Position numbers and translations under genes: made by a program. A DNA stretch of 53,104 nt, counting the filler, from Sphacelaria rigidula (lineage: Eukaryota): assembly GCA_964200075.2 (NCBI GenBank). It is 4 parts of 4 records of this genome, joined end to end, with 100 filler letters (N's around TTAATTAATTAA, not from the genome) between each part and the next. Parts side by side here need not be neighbours in the genome. Positions count along the whole stretch, not along the records: positions 39,905 to 53,104 come from CAXNAA020003071.1; 3 more parts are not named here. One strand, 5' to 3'. The notes under the pieces are model-generated. The model was given only the letters and a program-made list of their open reading frames with translations, ran no database searches and was not told where the DNA came from. Positions 48,781 to 53,104 of the stretch are shown piece after piece. Each line of letters opens with the position of its first letter. Positions within the stretch are counted from its first letter, which is position 1.

Positions 48781-48855
48781 CGTCTCGAAAGGGATGCGTG
48801 GTCAATGGTCAAATGACTAAGGCAAGCAGCAAATGAGTACGCCCCCCCGCCCCCC
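48781..48855 (+). repeat. ~75-bp repeat with an inverted copy at 52875-52950
   Basis: CGTCTCGAAAGGGATG.GTG.TCAATGGTCAAATGACTAAGGCAAGCA.CAA.T.AGTACGCCCCCC matches the reverse complement of 52875-52950. Confidence 0.9.
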
Positions 48856-49562
48856 CTTCCCCCCCCTACTCGGTACGACGGCGTAGCCTCAAGGGATCAG
48901 CTCATCTCTCCCCCTGTACATTTCTGGTGGTATGTGTAACCGAGCGTTGCACCAGCGCGCGCGAGGCCCACCTTTCGACGTATATCGACAACGGTTCTTT
49001 GCTACTCGTATATCCTCGTATTCAACGACAGATATCGGATCCTGCGTGAAGAAATAGTATCTGCAGGGCTTCGAAACCAAGACATAGATCTAAATGGGCC
49101 CTTAATATACTGTACCACCTCGATCACCGGGGCGTGGGAGCCTGGGCGAATTAGGAAAACTCGGAGTATCTCGTCGTCTGGTACGGCAAGGGTAAATGAT
49201 GTGAATTGTCTGAAGTATTGCGGTGTAAGCATTTATGGAGTGCCTGTTTCCCCTTCGTAATAATAAGAACACCTTGAGATGTCCAGCACTTCTTAACAGC
49301 ACTGGGCATGTTCCAAAATACGCCAGGTGTTTGCCATGTACATAATTTTGGCAAGAACCTAGACGCCCTGTTCTCGAACAACGGGGGTACTCTGCTAGCC
49401 TCCTCCCCTGCCCCGCTACAGGCACCTTCGTCTGTGGGACATGTCCAGCCCTCCCAGCTTTTGTGCCAAGATACTCTGCTCCTTTTCTTCTCTTTCCTTC
49501 TGTGTCTTTGCTCGTTCTTGCTCAATCCACACCTGCCGATAGCCGATCGCAAAATTATTGCT

Positions 49563-49590
49563 GTTGTTGTTGTTGTTGTTGTTGTTACTA

Positions 49591-49647
<57 letters not shown>
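49563..49647 (+). repeat. Compound (GTT)n(ATT)n microsatellite
   Basis: Directly visible in the sequence. Confidence 0.98.
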
Positions 49648-52435
49648 GTTCATCACACACAACAAACCTCGTGCATTATACGTACAGGTGTAGCTTTATC
49701 TCAACCTCTTCGCATTGTGCTCATCCAAGAAGAAAAATCTTTTTCCCCGTACGCGCGACTAGGGGTGCATTTCGGAAGGATCGACGGGACAGAGACCAGG
49801 GTATAGCGAGAGTCACCCTTTCCCACTCTGGTGTACAATTTCTCGCCCCGGCACACCATTTTCTGTGATATGTCAGATATCGCTTGCTCACCCAGTATAC
49901 TCTCTGGTCTATCTAGTACAGAATTGCTGCAGCGGAGAAAATGAACCGGCTGCACACGCATTCCGGCACTCCGTGTGCCTCGACAAATGTGCCTGTTCTC
50001 TGTCAGAGTGAGATAATGGCAAGTGGAGAAGGCATCGTCCCTTCTTTGGACGATTCGAACCTTGGACCTCTTCTTCATTGCTGCAAGATGCTGTTAACGC
50101 TTCCGAATCTGTGATCAGCACCTATGGTTGGACTGGCAACTATGTCTGATTACACATTCACGAAAGGTGCACACGTATGGTTACTCCCCCTCTAGACTTT
50201 CTGTTCGACGCAGTCCTTCTCAAGATACATACTGTGCATATTTCCACGCACAGTGCTGCCCTCATCCAGAGTCGGCGACTGAGATTTCGTGTTCGAACAG
50301 TGAGGTCTTCAGATCGCTGGGCCGCAACCTGCCTCCGTGGCCTCGCTTTTTGCACCGCCTCCTTCTATCAAGCCCTGACAGATGTCTGCGAGTTTTCCTC
50401 TCTCGGGACCGGCGCTAATTCTTACCCTGGGTTCCTTTTCACGTTTTTGTCGGGTCTCGGTCTACTGTATATTTATTTTGTCCCTCCCTTCTCAACGTTT
50501 TTTTACGCAAGCGTATCTTTGCGACCGCTAGTGGACTCGTAGCGGATCAGTTAACGTGCAACAACTGATCGATCGAAATTGCGAACACGGTCAGATAGCC
50601 GTTACTATTGCAGCGAACCGTGCGGACTCTCGAGGTTTGCCAAAAACAAAACGCGTAGAGGAAGAGCCCCTGTTTAACGCCAATTCTTCACATTGGCGGT
50701 GTCATGCTGCAGTTTCCTACACATCTCGCGGCCGAAGAATGAAACACATTCACATTTATCGGTGGCGCCAGCGCTCGGTCGTGGGAAAAGGGTAAAATCT
50801 AAAGAGTGGCTAGATCGCTTCGGCCATGCCTCAAGAATACGTCGTCGAGGCTCCGAGTGATCAACCGTCGTTACTTTGAGGAGAGTGGCTCTCCTTGTCG
50901 GTGCCAAGTTTAAGCTAATCCTCTCTGCAAACTTCGTATGATTTCACCTCTCCAAGCCCTCTTCTCTCCGTCCCTGGGGGGCGTCCCCGGCCGAGCTATG
51001 AGGAAAACGTACAAGATAACTTCACCCAGCTACCGTTTGGAATAGATTTTTGTGGACACTACGTACAGCATAGCCCTACGGCCAGTCTCCTCGGTATGGC
51101 GAACAGTCAGCGCACCTCGACCTCCCGCGCTTTGTCGAGGAACCCCATCCGCGCCATCGCTAGCCGCTCCATCTGATGAACTCGAAAATCACAATCAGGA
51201 GTTCGGAGGGAATCGGGAATCGTGGAAGCAGCCCACACACGAGAGAAGAGGAAGCCATCAAATACTGGTCACCGAAACACGCGTGGGTTGTCCTATGGTT
51301 GCAATGTTCAACAATGTGAATGTTTGTAGTCGTGGGAGTAACCATACTGTAGCATCTGGCATACTATCTGTTGCGAGCGTAGCAGGTCTGAGCGGCGGCG
51401 AGTACCGAGGGGCACTCGAAAAAGGCAGCAATACTGGACATACGTGAACAACTTTATCCGACTCTACTTGGCCTGCTCGCTCGCTGTTGGTTTTCTGTCG
51501 GTCAGTTTAGTAGAGGGTCATGCCACGGTAGGATCGCACACTTGGGCCCAAATGTTTCTCATTGAGGAGCTCCTAAAGTTGAGAGGTACATACTAAGAAT
51601 ACGGATTAGAACGTTCCCGTTTTCAAGTTCATCCACGATATCCGAAGCCGTTGAAATACAGTGGGTTCCACAGTTGTAAGGCCGCCCCCGTACATGGAGG
51701 AAAATCCGGCCTTATCGCCATTTTCGGCCAGCATGGCCACGTAACGTGTTAAGGCTGGATCGGTCTTAAGCCGTATGATACAGGGTAAAGCCGATCCCGG
51801 TCTTAAACCGCGCACGTCCAGCATGTGGCCGGATCGGCCCCGATCCATACCAAGATGAACGTGTTTTGACAGCCATGGGGTCCTCGGACACGTAGTTTAT
51901 GGGTTGAGGGACAGAATACGAAATAATGCGGTCCCAACTGCTGTGTGTCTCATAACTTTGATTAACAGCCGCCTGATAGCGACCGTTGTGAGAATCTGCG
52001 CAAAACCACCAACATTGAATGGCAAGTCAAAGCCCAGCCAATGCACGCCCCGTATGTGGAGACTTGTTTGTGCAGAGCACTCGATTTTGTTTGTTTTCAA
52101 GACACAAGAAAAGGGCGCAGGCAAACGACCCTTCAGCGCTCTCTGCACGATCACGCCGTGTCTAAAGTTGCCAGTTTCGCCAAATCAAGAAGGAACGCAC
52201 CGGCACATAAGTATCCGCCCCCCGTATTACAATTCCGTACTGCACATACCACCTGCAAACCTCCCATCAACTGCGGCCGAAGGTATGGATACCCGTCTAC
52301 ACTTCTCGTTTTGTTCGAGTGACCGCCGGTCTGCAGGTGGACTTGGGACCCGGCTGTAGCGGTGGATGGGGTACCGTGGCCGGCGGGGCGGCACGATTCA
52401 AGGCCGCAATGACCCTCAAGAGAAGCACAGCAATC

Positions 52436-52809
52436 AACAGTCGATCACCGAAATTGAGGATGGAGCTTTTGATTGAGGATGAGAACCCGCACAATTAAAA
52501 TCTTCATATCCGCGCCAAATCATCGAAAGATGGTCCCATTCCTTCATCAACTAGTAGTTATTGACAACTCCTACACGCCCTACAAATTTGGATCCTGATG
52601 ACCGACATGTTGGGGTCCAAGGTGAAGAACCGTTTTGGGGGGATTTAGGTGATCCGATCGGATCGCCGAAATTCCCCAATATTGGTTTTCCGCCTAGGGC
52701 CTCAACATTTCGGTTATCGACATCCAAATTTGCTTGGCGTGTAGTAGTTGTCGATAGCTACTAGTAAGTGAAGGAATTGAACCATATTTCGACGATTTGG
52801 TGTGGATAG
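52436..52809. mobile_element. Second, diverged and right-truncated copy of the 4941-5381 foldback element
   Basis: Colinear with 4941-5310: AAATTG.GGATGGA.CTTTT, AAAATCTTC.TATCC, ATTGACAACT.CTACACGCC, ATGTTGGGG, CAACATTTCG and AACCATATTTCGA..TTTGGTGTGGATA. Confidence 0.85.
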
Positions 52810-52874
52810 CAAGGGCGCCCAGAACAAATCCCAGACCCTATGCCCCTTCTTTGAATCCTGGATTTTTTCGGAGT

Positions 52875-52950
52875 GGGGGGGGGGGGGGGCGTACTAAATT
52901 GTTGCTTGCCTTAGTCATTTGACCATTGATCACTCATCCCTTTCGAGACG
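52875..52950 (-). repeat. Inverted copy of 48781-48855
   Basis: Reverse-complement match seen directly. Confidence 0.9.
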
Positions 52951-53104
52951 GAGCACCGGGGGTGGGGGGGGGTGTACTCATGATCATGCATGCCATAGTC
53001 ATAAGGCCATTGACCTCGCATCCCTCCAAAGCCGGGATGGAGCACGCCGGGTTTGCGCCGGATCAGCCTCGCGCTCAGACCACCAAGCGCGAAGCGCCGT
53101 GGTG

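Noticed and set aside
47597-49868. Poly-Thr, poly-Asn, poly-Leu, poly-Ile and poly-Tyr ORFs
   Set aside because: They are translations of (CAA)n and (GTT)n(ATT)n microsatellites.
52297-52494. Hydrophobic minus-strand ORF as an exon
   Set aside because: Its first third is the arm of the foldback repeat also found at 5310-5381.

Overview
Eukaryotic, repeat-rich sequence, most likely from a brown alga or related photosynthetic stramenopile. This is inferred from the long GT-AG introns, the ASAFAP-type bipartite plastid presequences and the transposon types. The window is not one locus. It is four contigs of 13203, 13201, 13200 and 13200 bp joined by identical 100-bp N44-TTAATTAATTAA-N44 linkers, so adjacency across linkers means nothing. 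Contig 1 (1-13203) is transposon debris: a probable DIRS/Ngaro-like ORF fragment with a 27-bp coding minisatellite, a TIR element, foldback elements and a decayed Ty3/Gypsy 3' half. Contig 2 (13304-26504) holds the first six exons of a plastid ABC1/UbiB kinase (ABC1K9-like, minus strand), head-to-head with the first exon of a predicted thylakoid-lumen protein. Contig 3 (26605-39804) is a ~104-bp satellite containing a MITE, abutting a nearly full-length but inactivated Ty3/Gypsy element. Contig 4 (39905-53104) holds a low-complexity gene of unknown function, dispersed repeats, microsatellites and possible exon remnants. The most interesting signal is the integrase tail of both Gypsy copies, which carries a chromodomain followed by a second PWWP/Tudor-like module. 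All calls were made by eye; no searches were run.
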